From assembly GCA_023336855.1 (NCBI GenBank), contig JAMBLK010000224.1:1-31885 (forward strand): DNA of 31,885 bases, written 5' to 3'. The stretch comes from Actinomycetes bacterium (GTDB lineage Bacteria > Actinomycetota > Acidimicrobiia > Spongiisociales > UBA5794). Position 1 is the first letter of the stretch. Each line of letters opens with the position of its first letter. The notes beneath the pieces are model-generated. The model saw nothing but the letters and a program-made list of their open reading frames with translations. It made no database searches and had not been told where the DNA came from. The position numbers were made by a program, and so were the translations under genes. Positions 1-8,370 of this stretch are shown in pieces.

Positions 1-270
1 ATGCAGTTGGAAGAGATCGAGATCCACGACATTCTGACGAGGCTTCGCCGCGTCGAGGGTCAGATCCGTGGAATTCAGGGGATGCTGGAAGAGGGGCGGG
101 ATTGCTCCGATGTCATCACCCAGTTCTCGGCTTCGATGCGGGCGCTCGAACACGCCGGCTACAAGTACTTCGCAGCGACGATGGCCATGTGTGCGACCGA
201 CCCGGATCGGGCGGCGCTTGAGGGCTACGACCCGGTGCGGCTTGAGAAGCTGTTCATGCAGCTCACGTGA
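1..270 (+). CDS. CsoR/RcnR-family (CstR-like) transcriptional repressor
   Basis: 89 aa; RLRRVEGQIRGIQGMLEEGRDC..V..Q family signature; Cys35 and Cys64. Starts at the window edge, so the RBS is not visible. Confidence 0.88.
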   Translation: MQLEEIEIHDILTRLRRVEGQIRGIQGMLEEGRDCSDVITQFSASMRALEHAGYKYFAATMAMCATDPDRAALEGYDPVRLEKLFMQLT

Positions 271-584
271 TCGGGGATGGACCGGCCTCGGTCGTGCATC
301 TCGTCCCGGCGCGCGATTGGGAGGCCTGGAGCACGACGAACGACGCCGTGATCGTTGACGTGCGCGAACCGTTCGAGTGGGCGATGGGGACACTCCCCAA
401 CTCCGTCCTGGTCCAACTCGGATCTCTGCCCGACAAACTCGATGACTTCGACCACGACCGTGCCATCCTGCTCGTGTGCCGGTCCGGGAATCGGTCGGGA
501 GTAGCAGCGGAGTATTTGGCCCGACGCGGTTTCAGTGTCGTCGCGAACCTCACCGGCGGACTCGTTGATCTTGGAATGGCTTAA
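267..584 (+). CDS. Single-domain rhodanese/sulfurtransferase
   Basis: IVDVREPFEW, active loop LLVCRSGNRS, C-terminal NLTGG; GTGA overlap with the upstream stop codon. Confidence 0.9.
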   Translation: MIGDGPASVVHLVPARDWEAWSTTNDAVIVDVREPFEWAMGTLPNSVLVQLGSLPDKLDDFDHDRAILLVCRSGNRSGVAAEYLARRGFSVVANLTGGLVDLGMA

Positions 585-624
585 GACGCCGGTGCGCCGG
601 CGAACACAAAGGAGAAACACCACC

Positions 625-1038
625 ATGAAATCAGCGATGATGCGAAGCCTGCTCGTATTGGTCCTGGCGCTCTCGGTTCTTGTGGCCGCTTGCTCATCGG
701 ACACGACCACCCAGAGCATTGAACTGGTCTCTCCTGCGGACGCCGCCCAGGTGATCGCCGATGACCCGGCAGGTCTCGTGGTTCTCGACATCCGCACGCT
801 GGAAGAGTTCAACGAGGCTCGCCTTGCCGACGCGATCATGGTCGACTTCTACGCCGACGACTTCGCCGCCCAACTCGACACGCTCGACAAAGACGTGCCG
901 TACGTCTTGTACTGCAACAGCGGCAACCGTTCCTCCGACGCCGTCAAGACGATGAAGGACCTCGGTTTCGTCGAGGTCTACGAGATCGACGGCGGGATCG
1001 TGAATTGGTACGACCAGGGTTTCCCGATCGAGAGTTGA
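625..1038 (+). CDS. Rhodanese-domain lipoprotein (PspE-like)
   Basis: Start re-called at ATG 625 behind AAAGGAGA; signal peptide with lipobox LVAAC; LDIRT..EF, YCNSGNRS, IDGGIVNW motifs. Confidence 0.88.
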   Translation: MKSAMMRSLLVLVLALSVLVAACSSDTTTQSIELVSPADAAQVIADDPAGLVVLDIRTLEEFNEARLADAIMVDFYADDFAAQLDTLDKDVPYVLYCNSGNRSSDAVKTMKDLGFVEVYEIDGGIVNWYDQGFPIES

Positions 1039-1041
1039 TCG

Positions 1042-1905
1042 TCACCCGTCGAGCCATTCGCTGACGGTGGATAGGAATCGATCGGTCGCTTCGAGCATCG
1101 GCACGTGCCCGACGTCGTCCATCTCCACATAGGTCCAACAGGGCCTCTCGGATGCCGCCCATCGGGCGGAGTCGACCGACACCAGTCGATCCGCCGCTCC
1201 ATGGATGAGCAGGGTCGGGGCCCCGATCCGATGGATGAGCTTCCGGTAGCGACGGGGACGTAGGACATAGCGGGCGATCGACCGGTCGGCTTCGAGGAAC
1301 GCCGGTATCACCCAGTCGTGACCGCGTCTGCGCCGGTTGGCCTCGGTGAGTCGTTCCTTCGCCAATTCCGAAACGGTTGATGGGTCGGCCGTGATCATTC
1401 GCAGTGTCTCCGTGGTTTCCTCCTCCGGCGAGTGCGAGGCCCGGTAGGCCTTGAACGCCGGCACCCCGATTCCGGGAACGAGTGGGCCGAGGAGCTTGGT
1501 CAGAACTTCGAGGTCGGGAGGGTGTCTCCTGCTCACCGGGAGGGCAGGGTTGACGAGCACGATTCGCTCCACGCGGTCGGCATGCTCGGCGGCTGCGATG
1601 ATGCTGATGAGGCCGCCCATCGAGTTGCCAACCAACGTGGCGTTCTCGTATCCGAGGAGTTGGATCACCTCGGCGACGAGTCGTGCGTTGTCTTCCACGC
1701 TCGGTCTGCGGTCCCCGGGTTCAGATTCGCCGAAGCCGATGAGGTCGATCGCTACCGCATGACCCGACTCGGAGAGGTCGGGGCCGACGATGTCCCAATT
1801 CTCGGTTGAGCCGCCCAGACCGTGAATGAGCAAAAGGAGCGATCCTTCGCCACCGTAGTCGGTGACGCGGACGGGTCCACCGATGTTGAGCATCGTGTCG
1901 TTCAC
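1042..1905 (-). CDS. Alpha/beta-fold hydrolase
   Basis: HGLGGS oxyanion motif, GNSMGG nucleophile elbow, HGAADRLV acid, GHVPMLE His. Start is GTG 1905 or ATG 1893; the longer track ORF overlaps the LLM gene. Confidence 0.88.
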   Translation of the reverse strand: MNDTMLNIGGPVRVTDYGGEGSLLLLIHGLGGSTENWDIVGPDLSESGHAVAIDLIGFGESEPGDRRPSVEDNARLVAEVIQLLGYENATLVGNSMGGLISIIAAAEHADRVERIVLVNPALPVSRRHPPDLEVLTKLLGPLVPGIGVPAFKAYRASHSPEEETTETLRMITADPSTVSELAKERLTEANRRRRGHDWVIPAFLEADRSIARYVLRPRRYRKLIHRIGAPTLLIHGAADRLVSVDSARWAASERPCWTYVEMDDVGHVPMLEATDRFLSTVSEWLDG

Positions 1906-1924
1906 AAGCCCAACGGTACCCGAG

Positions 1925-2848
1925 TCAACTCCCCAGAGCGTCGACGAGCTCGCTGCGATAGGCGGCGTCGTGAACGCCCTGGATGTAGAAGCGGGTGATA
2001 CCGAGGTCCTCCAGCTCTGTGAAGCGCTCCCGGAGTTGGTCGTAGGTTCCCATCGGTGCGTTTCTCTGTCGCCGCCTGAACTGTTCCGCCAGTTCGTCCT
2101 TCGGCACACCGACGGCTGATGCGACCACGCCAAGCCTGTGGTCGAGATCCGACTCCGTCGCACCCCCGATGATCTGGCCGACACTCGAGAGCGTCAGAGC
2201 ATCGGGATCACGTCCGGCCGCTGTCGCTGCCGTATGAGCTCGGTCGATTCGGATCGCGAGGTCATCTCCGAGGGAGATGTTGAACTCATCGGCGTATGTT
2301 CCCGCAAGACGAGGCGTCTTCGATGCGCCACTGCCGCCGACGAGGAGCTTGACCTTGCCGGTGGGGCGGGGCGAGATGGGAAAGGCTTCGAGCGTGAAGT
2401 GATCTCCCGAGTAGCCGACGGGATCATCCGAGAGCGCGGCCCGGGTGTATGCCAGCGCTTCTTCGAGCATGGCGAATCGTTCTGACAGCTGGGGATAGTC
2501 GAAACCGAACACTTCGTGCTCCCGGTCCATCCAACCCGTTCCGATCCCAAGCGTGAACCGCCCTCCGGACATCCGATCGATCGTGATCGCTGTTTTCACC
2601 AGAACGGCCGGATGCCTGAATGTGATCGGAGAGACCAGGACCACGAGGTCGAGATCACTGGTTTCGCGAGCCAGACCAGCGAACTGGATCAGCGCATCGG
2701 ACGCAGGGGTGGTCTTGGCCTTCTCTTCGTCCATCGCCATGAGGTAGTGGTCGGGGAGGGCGATCGCCGCGAGACCGTTGTCTTCGGAGAACCGGGCTAC
2801 CTCGAGTACGTCCTCGTAGAGGCCGAAGGTTTGAAAAGCGAATTCCAT
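1925..2848 (-). CDS. LLM-class flavin-dependent oxidoreductase, probably F420-dependent
   Basis: PDHY motif, VSPITFRHPAVLVKTAITIDRMSGGRFTLGIGTGW, LLVGGSG..T.RLA..YADEFN. Confidence 0.9.
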   Translation of the reverse strand: MEFAFQTFGLYEDVLEVARFSEDNGLAAIALPDHYLMAMDEEKAKTTPASDALIQFAGLARETSDLDLVVLVSPITFRHPAVLVKTAITIDRMSGGRFTLGIGTGWMDREHEVFGFDYPQLSERFAMLEEALAYTRAALSDDPVGYSGDHFTLEAFPISPRPTGKVKLLVGGSGASKTPRLAGTYADEFNISLGDDLAIRIDRAHTAATAAGRDPDALTLSSVGQIIGGATESDLDHRLGVVASAVGVPKDELAEQFRRRQRNAPMGTYDQLRERFTELEDLGITRFYIQGVHDAAYRSELVDALGS

Positions 2849-2946
2849 CTGATGTCCCGTCCGTTCCTGTCGCGGCTTCGGAGTTGATGGTAAGGCGGTG
2901 AAGAATCGCTTGTTCCGCTGAGCAGTATCGCTTGATGCTCAGGCAG

Positions 2947-2988
2947 CGATAGAGCCGGTAGCCCTCGTAAAGGCCACCGGCTCTATCG
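2947..2988 (-). terminator. Stem-loop, probable terminator or mRNA-stabilising hairpin
   Basis: CGATAGAGCCGGTAGCC (2947-2963) / GGCCACCGGCTCTATCG (2972-2988): 17-bp stem with one mismatch, just downstream of the 2997-3344 stop; no U-tail. Confidence 0.65.
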
Positions 2989-2996
2989 ATGAGTTC

Positions 2997-3344
2997 TCAG
3001 CCCCAGATGGTTGCGTCGTTGACGTTCTTGAGGAGGAACTGGCTGTAGCCCGCTCCCTTTTCGAAGTCGCCGAAGGTCATAGCTTCACCCATGATCCGGG
3101 CGAACTCGCCGCTCTTGCCTGCCTCTGCGAGGCGATCCTGAGCACCGTATGAGTCGAGTCGGTAGATCGTGAAGAACGATCCGGCATCCTTCTCTGATGA
3201 GGAAACCACTGCATACGTTCCGACGTACTCAGTGCCCTCCGGCATGGCCGCTTTCCAGGCGTCTTCGTTCGCTGCCAACCATTGCTGGTACTCGGCCGCC
3301 CTTCCATGGGCGATGTCGTATCCGAAGGATTGGATGAATTCCAT
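2997..3344 (-). CDS. Hypothetical protein, possible dimeric alpha+beta barrel (NIPSNAP/ABM-like)
   Basis: 115 aa, strong SD (GGAGGGG), normal codon pattern, own downstream hairpin. Fold guess comes only from the beta-alpha-beta-beta-alpha pattern. Confidence 0.7.
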   Translation of the reverse strand: MEFIQSFGYDIAHGRAAEYQQWLAANEDAWKAAMPEGTEYVGTYAVVSSSEKDAGSFFTIYRLDSYGAQDRLAEAGKSGEFARIMGEAMTFGDFEKGAGYSQFLLKNVNDATIWG

Positions 3345-3445
3345 CCGCGTCCCCTCCCTGTTGTGAGCGGCCTCTCCGCAGGCCGGGCGCCGGCGGCGCC
3401 GTCACCGAACCTACGCGTGCGGGCCCATTGGCGGAAGGGGTAGAT

Positions 3446-3997
3446 CTACCGCCGGCACTGGGCGACGGCGAACCTCGCGTGCTTGGCGAAGTCGAACGAC
3501 CGGTCGAGGACCCATCGGAACGCCAGTCCGTCGAGGGCGCCAAGCAACACTTCGGCTTTCGCCGTCGTATCCGCAGGTGACGCTTCGGACTCGCGAGCCA
3601 TGGCATCGGCGAATCGCTCGACCCGCCGGACGTGGTGACGGAGGAACCGTCGCGCCACCGAGTCGTCGTTGCTGCTCGAGACGGCGATTTGGAGGTAGAT
3701 ACGTGCAAGGTCTGACTGGTCGGTGACGAATCGGATGTAGGCATCCACGAGGTCGTCGAGCGTTTCGGTACCGGAGTCCTCGGGGTCGGGGTCAACCGCC
3801 TGGATCGCCTCCCGGGCGACCTGCATGACGGCCTGTTCCTTGGAAGGGAAGATGTTGTAGAACGAACCGGCTTGCACACCGGCCCTGTCACAGATCGCCT
3901 TGAGCGTCGCGGCATCGAGACCGCCCTCGGAGAGCAACTCGCGAGTCGCCTCGAGGATCTTCCGTTCTGTTCTGATGCCGACCTGGTAGCGGGCCAT
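3446..3997 (-). CDS. TetR/AcrR-family transcriptional regulator
   Basis: N-terminal HTH RKILEATRELLSEGGLDAATLKAICDRAGVQAGSFYNIFPSKE; SD AAGGAGG. Confidence 0.93.
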   Translation of the reverse strand: MARYQVGIRTERKILEATRELLSEGGLDAATLKAICDRAGVQAGSFYNIFPSKEQAVMQVAREAIQAVDPDPEDSGTETLDDLVDAYIRFVTDQSDLARIYLQIAVSSSNDDSVARRFLRHHVRRVERFADAMARESEASPADTTAKAEVLLGALDGLAFRWVLDRSFDFAKHARFAVAQCRR

Positions 3998-4018
3998 CTC
4001 GGGCCTCCTTCGAAGCCG

Positions 4019-4067
4019 ATCATACTTCGATCTTGAGTGAGCACTCCAAAATGGAGTGTATACTCAA
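4019..4067. promoter_or_regulatory. Divergent promoter region with two palindromic TetR-type operators
   Basis: GAGTGAGCACTC (4035-4046) and GAGTGTATACTC (4053-4064); -10-like TATGAT on minus (4019-4024) and TATACT on plus (4059-4064). Confidence 0.7.
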
Positions 4068-4147
4068 AAAGTCGGACGACCGGTGGTCCGCCCCCGGAAT
4101 CGTTCGCCACCAGGAACACGATGGCGACACCAGCCGGGGAGTGAGCA

Positions 4148-5950
4148 ATGAGCCACTACAAGAGCAACCTTCGAGATCTCGAGTTCAACCTTTTCGAGGC
4201 CTACGGAGTCGACGAGTATCTCGGCAAAGCACCGTTCGAAGAGATCGATCACGACACTGCGATGGACATTCTGCGCGAGGTCGAGCGCCTCGCCACCGAG
4301 GACTTCGCTGAGAGCTTCGTCGAAGGCGATCGCGTCAAACTCAAACTGATCGACGGCAACGTTGAGCTGCCGCCCGGTATGAAGAAGAGCCTTGACGCTT
4401 TCAACGATGGTGGCTGGCATCTGGTCGGTCTCCCGAAGAGCCTCGGCGGCTTTGGCGCCCCGGAGACGCTGCGTTGGGCCTCAGGCGAGTTGTTCGCCGG
4501 TGCGAATGCTGCCGCTTACCTTTTCGCGACCGGTGTTCTCATGGCGCGGGTGATCGAATCTGTCGCAACCCCGGAACAGGTCGAGCGTTTCGCGGTACCG
4601 ATGGTCGAGCGGAACTGGGGCGGGACGATGGTGCTCACCGAGGCCGACGCGGGTTCGGATGTGGGCGCAGGCATCACAAAGGCCTTCCACGTCGAAGGTG
4701 ACAAGTGGCACATCGAAGGGGTGAAGCGGTTCATCACGTCGGGTGAGAGCGACTACAACGAGAACATCATCCACCTCGTCCTTGCCCGGCGTCCGGACGC
4801 CGAACCGGGGACGAAGGGTCTATCGATGTTCATCGTCCCGAAGTACCTCGTGAACGAGGACGGCTCGCTCGGTGAGCGCAACGGTGTTGTGGCGACGGGC
4901 CTCGAGGACAAGATGGGAATCCGCGGTTCGACCACCTGTGAGCTCACGTTCGGGATGGACGAGCCCGCGGTGGGCTACCTCGTTGGCGATGTGCACGAAG
5001 GTATCCGGCAGATGTTCCTCGTCATCGAAGATGCCCGCATGTCGATCGGTGTCAAGGCAGCGGCGACGTTGTCGACGGGATATCTGAACGCACTCGAGTA
5101 CGCCCAGGAACGCGTCCAATCTGCCGATCTCACAGAGAGCCGCAACAAGACGGCACCACGCGTGACGATCATTCACCATCCTGCCGTCCGGCGCATGCTG
5201 ATGACGCAGAAGGCGCACGCTGAGGGAATGCGGGCGATGGTGATCTACGCGGCGTGGGTGCTCGACATGGCGCACCTCCATCCCGAGGAGCCGTACTGGG
5301 CGAAGCTCAACGACCTGCTCCTTCCGCTGGTGAAGGGGTACTCATCCGAGAAGGCGTACGAACTGTTGGCACAGTCGCTCCAGGTTCTCGGTGGCTCCGG
5401 CTACTCACGCGACTATCCGATGGAGCAGTACATCCGCGACGCGAAGATCGACACGATCTACGAGGGGACGACCGCGATCCAGGGTCTCGACCTCTTCTTC
5501 CGGAAGATCGCCAGGGATCAGGGCGCGACACTGATGCGTCTCGGACAGGACATCCTCGAGACGGTCAAGGGTGGTTCCGAAGAGATGGCCGTCGAGCGTG
5601 AACTGCTCGGCAAGGCGCTCGAGGACCTTCAGATGCACGTCGGAGCGCTCGTCGGCTACTCGATGGGTGCGATGCAGGATCCACCCTTGATCTACAAGAC
5701 GGGCCTGCACACCACATCGCTGCTCGAGAGCCTTGCCGAGGTGGTTATCGGGTGGCTCCTGATCCGTCACGCGGACATCGCCCTCGAGGCGCTGCCCGAC
5801 GCGAGCGACGCCGACCGGGCGTTCTATGAGGGCAAGATCGCTTCGGCGCGGTACTTCGCCTTGACGGTGCTCCCGAAAGCCCATCTGCGCCGCACGCTCG
5901 CTGAGACCGAAGACGGTGCGCTCATGGATCTGCCGGTCGAGTCGTTCTAG
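4148..5950 (+). CDS. Acyl-CoA dehydrogenase (long, FadE5-like class)
   Basis: MSHYKSNLRDLEFNLFE N-terminus, TMVLTEADAGSDVG, GVKRFITSGE, KMGIRGSTTC, QVLGGSGY, IYEGTTAIQ. Confidence 0.95.
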   Translation: MSHYKSNLRDLEFNLFEAYGVDEYLGKAPFEEIDHDTAMDILREVERLATEDFAESFVEGDRVKLKLIDGNVELPPGMKKSLDAFNDGGWHLVGLPKSLGGFGAPETLRWASGELFAGANAAAYLFATGVLMARVIESVATPEQVERFAVPMVERNWGGTMVLTEADAGSDVGAGITKAFHVEGDKWHIEGVKRFITSGESDYNENIIHLVLARRPDAEPGTKGLSMFIVPKYLVNEDGSLGERNGVVATGLEDKMGIRGSTTCELTFGMDEPAVGYLVGDVHEGIRQMFLVIEDARMSIGVKAAATLSTGYLNALEYAQERVQSADLTESRNKTAPRVTIIHHPAVRRMLMTQKAHAEGMRAMVIYAAWVLDMAHLHPEEPYWAKLNDLLLPLVKGYSSEKAYELLAQSLQVLGGSGYSRDYPMEQYIRDAKIDTIYEGTTAIQGLDLFFRKIARDQGATLMRLGQDILETVKGGSEEMAVERELLGKALEDLQMHVGALVGYSMGAMQDPPLIYKTGLHTTSLLESLAEVVIGWLLIRHADIALEALPDASDADRAFYEGKIASARYFALTVLPKAHLRRTLAETEDGALMDLPVESF

Positions 5951-6068
5951 GAAGGCAGTAAAGCGAACGTAGACCACTAGGGTTCATGCCACAGGCGATG
6001 CCTGCGGGACAGGCTTTCTCGCGGGCCCCGTCACTGCAAACGGTCAACCAACGTAGAAAGAGGTTCCT

Positions 6069-6467
6069 GTGCCGCTTATTGCCGAGTCTTCCTATCCACT
6101 GCTCAACGTCTTCTGGTGGATGTTGTGGTTCTTCCTATTCGTCATCTGGATCTGGCTCCTCATCACCGTCTTCGTAGACGTGTTCCGTAGCCACATATCC
6201 GGATGGGCGAAGGCCGGGTGGACGCTCTTCATCGTCTTCCTGCCGATGCTCGGCGTGCTCGTGTATCTGATCGCCCAGGGCGGCAAGATGCAGGAGCGCC
6301 AGGTTGAGCACGCTGCGGCTGTTCAGAAGGCGCAGAACGCCCACATCCGTGACGTTGCCGGTAACGAATCGACTGCCGACCAGCTGACGCAGCTTTCGGC
6401 GCTGCACGATGCCGGCAAGCTCACCGACGAGGAATTCGCCGGTCAGAAGGCGAAGCTTCTCGGCTGA
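6069..6467 (+). CDS. Small membrane protein with PLDc_N-like TM hairpin and C-terminal SHOCT domain
   Basis: GTG start behind AGAAAGAGG; two hydrophobic segments (..AKAGWTLFIVFLPMLGVLVYLIA); SHOCT-like ADQLTQLSALHDAGKLTDEEFAGQKAKLL. Confidence 0.85.
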   Translation: MPLIAESSYPLLNVFWWMLWFFLFVIWIWLLITVFVDVFRSHISGWAKAGWTLFIVFLPMLGVLVYLIAQGGKMQERQVEHAAAVQKAQNAHIRDVAGNESTADQLTQLSALHDAGKLTDEEFAGQKAKLLG

Positions 6468-6486
6468 ACCGACACAAACCGTTGAT

Positions 6487-6519
6487 AGAAAGGGACCGGG
6501 TTTACCCCGGTCCCTTTCT
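6487..6519. terminator. Intrinsic terminator
   Basis: AGAAAGGGACCGGG-TTTAC-CCCGGTCCCTTTCT, a perfect 14-bp stem, 20 nt after the SHOCT gene stop. Confidence 0.8.
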
Positions 6520-6537
6520 CGTGGGTACGCTGACGCT

Positions 6538-7047
6538 ATGACTACCAACGATCACTACGACCGCATCCTCTCTCTTCGTGCCCTCCGCTCGTACCGCGAC
6601 GATCCACTGCCGGATGCCCTGATCGAGCGCCTGCTCGAGACGGCTCGATGGACCGGGAGCAGCAAGAACCTCCAGAACTGGTCCTTCATCGTCGTCGACG
6701 GCGATCAGAAGGAGCGGTTGGCCACATGCGGGGACTTCACCATTCCCCTCAGCGCGGCCCCGGTCGCATTCGCTCTCGTGGAGGAGAGCGCCGGCTACGA
6801 GTTCGATACCGGTCGCGTCGCACAGAATGTGATGCTCGCAGCCGACGCTCTCGGTCTGGCATCGTGTCCGATCACCCTGCATCGCGAGGCCGACGCTCGT
6901 GCCATTCTTGGCCTCCCCGAGGGAGCCAGATGCCGGTACGCCGTCGCCCTCGGTTATCCGGCGGACGATGCGGCGCCACGGAACTTTGGCGGTCGCAAGC
7001 CGATGGGCGATGTCGCCTATCGCAATCGGCACGGTGAATCCTGGTGA
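6538..7047 (+). CDS. Nitroreductase-family protein
   Basis: Start re-called at ATG 6538; RALRSY...PLP, ARWTGSSKNLQNWSFIVV, GRVAQNVMLAADALGLASC motifs. Confidence 0.9.
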   Translation: MTTNDHYDRILSLRALRSYRDDPLPDALIERLLETARWTGSSKNLQNWSFIVVDGDQKERLATCGDFTIPLSAAPVAFALVEESAGYEFDTGRVAQNVMLAADALGLASCPITLHREADARAILGLPEGARCRYAVALGYPADDAAPRNFGGRKPMGDVAYRNRHGESW

Positions 7048-7820
7048 CCGCAGGTTCGATCGGGATCTTCGACTCGGGTGTCGGCGGTCTTGGAATCCTG
7101 AGAGAGGTGCAATCGCTTCTCCCGTCGACCGAAATCGTATATGTGGCAGATCAAGCGCACTCCCCGTACGGCGAGCGGGGGCTCACCGCTGTACGAGCGC
7201 GAGCGTTTGCAGTCAGCGAGTACCTGATCGACGCGGGAGCGACCACCGTCGTTGTTGCCTGCAACAGTGCATCTGCCGCCGCACTCCACGAGCTTCGGGA
7301 TCGGTTTCCTGCGGTGTCGTTCGTCGGCATGGAACCAGCCGTCAAACCGGCGGTCGGCGCCACACAGCGCGGAACCATCGGTGTGCTTGCCACCGAGGCC
7401 ACGTTCCAGGGGGAGCTCTTCTCGTCGGTTGTCGACCGGCACGCCCGGGGAGTCTCCGTTGTCGCACGGGCGTGTCCCGGTCTTGCCGCAGCGATCGAAG
7501 ACGGAGACGACACCGATGACCTGATCCGGCGATTCACAGCAGACGTCGTCGGGCGAGGCGCCGACACAATCGTGCTGGGCTGCACGCACTACTCGTTCGT
7601 CGCCGACCAGATCCAGGCCGCTGCCGGGGACGGTGTCACCGTCATCGATCCGGCACCCGCCATTGCCCGGCAAGTCGTTCGGGTGCGACCTGGTCACGAC
7701 GACACCGACAACGGTGTGACGCGGTATCTGACGACGGGCGACCCGGAACGTTTCGCATCGCAGATTGAGCGGCTGACGGGTTCGACCCAATCGACCTCGA
7801 CCGTAGAGATCGAAGGCTGA
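7044..7820 (+). CDS. murI: Glutamate racemase
   Basis: IGIFDSGVGGL, YVADQAHSPYG, VVACNSAS, GMEPAVKPA, VLGCTHY (both catalytic Cys present). Confidence 0.96.
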   Translation: MTAGSIGIFDSGVGGLGILREVQSLLPSTEIVYVADQAHSPYGERGLTAVRARAFAVSEYLIDAGATTVVVACNSASAAALHELRDRFPAVSFVGMEPAVKPAVGATQRGTIGVLATEATFQGELFSSVVDRHARGVSVVARACPGLAAAIEDGDDTDDLIRRFTADVVGRGADTIVLGCTHYSFVADQIQAAAGDGVTVIDPAPAIARQVVRVRPGHDDTDNGVTRYLTTGDPERFASQIERLTGSTQSTSTVEIEG

Positions 7821-7821
7821 G

Positions 7822-8349
7822 ATGGAGGGGCGGATCGAGGTCGTACGAGGAGATATCACAAAGCAGGACGTGGACGCGATCGTCAATGCAGCCAATGCTC
7901 ACCTGGCACATGGTGGTGGCGTCGCTGCGGCGATCGCTGCGGCCGGGGCGCCGGCGGTCGATATCGAATCCAGCGCATGGGTCGACGCCTTCGGGCCGGT
8001 GCCACTCGGGAGCGCTGCCGTCACCTCGGCCGGTTCGATGTCGGCCGATCACGTGATCCACGTGGTGGGGCCGGTCTATCGGGACGGCCGGGACAACGAG
8101 GTGCTGCTGGGCGAGGCAGTGAGGGTGGCGCTCGACGCCGCCGTCGCACTGGGCGCCCGCTCGATCGCCATGCCGGCTATCTCGTCCGGGATCTACGGGT
8201 ATCCACCAGCGGAGGCATGCCGGGTGATCGTCGAGTCGGTTTCGACGTGGCTCAGTGGAGGGGGAGACCTCGACGAGATTCGTCTCGTCGCGTTCAGCGA
8301 TGACATCACCGACTATTACGTAACGGCCCTGCGAGACCTGGGTTCGTGA
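7822..8349 (+). CDS. Macrodomain protein (MacroD/YmdB-like)
   Basis: IEVVRGDIT...DAIVNAAN..L.HGGGV, VIHVVGP, IAMPAISSGIYGYP. Confidence 0.92.
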   Translation: MEGRIEVVRGDITKQDVDAIVNAANAHLAHGGGVAAAIAAAGAPAVDIESSAWVDAFGPVPLGSAAVTSAGSMSADHVIHVVGPVYRDGRDNEVLLGEAVRVALDAAVALGARSIAMPAISSGIYGYPPAEACRVIVESVSTWLSGGGDLDEIRLVAFSDDITDYYVTALRDLGS

Positions 8350-8370
8350 GGTCGTTGTAGAGTTGAGGCT

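Noticed and set aside
1906-2184. Long N-terminal extension of the hydrolase in the ORF track
   Set aside because: Overlaps the LLM gene on the same strand in another frame and has no hydrolase-like sequence.
5951-6068. Possible riboswitch (GGCGATG resembles the start of a fluoride riboswitch)
   Set aside because: The rest of the consensus is missing and the downstream gene is not a fluoride exporter.
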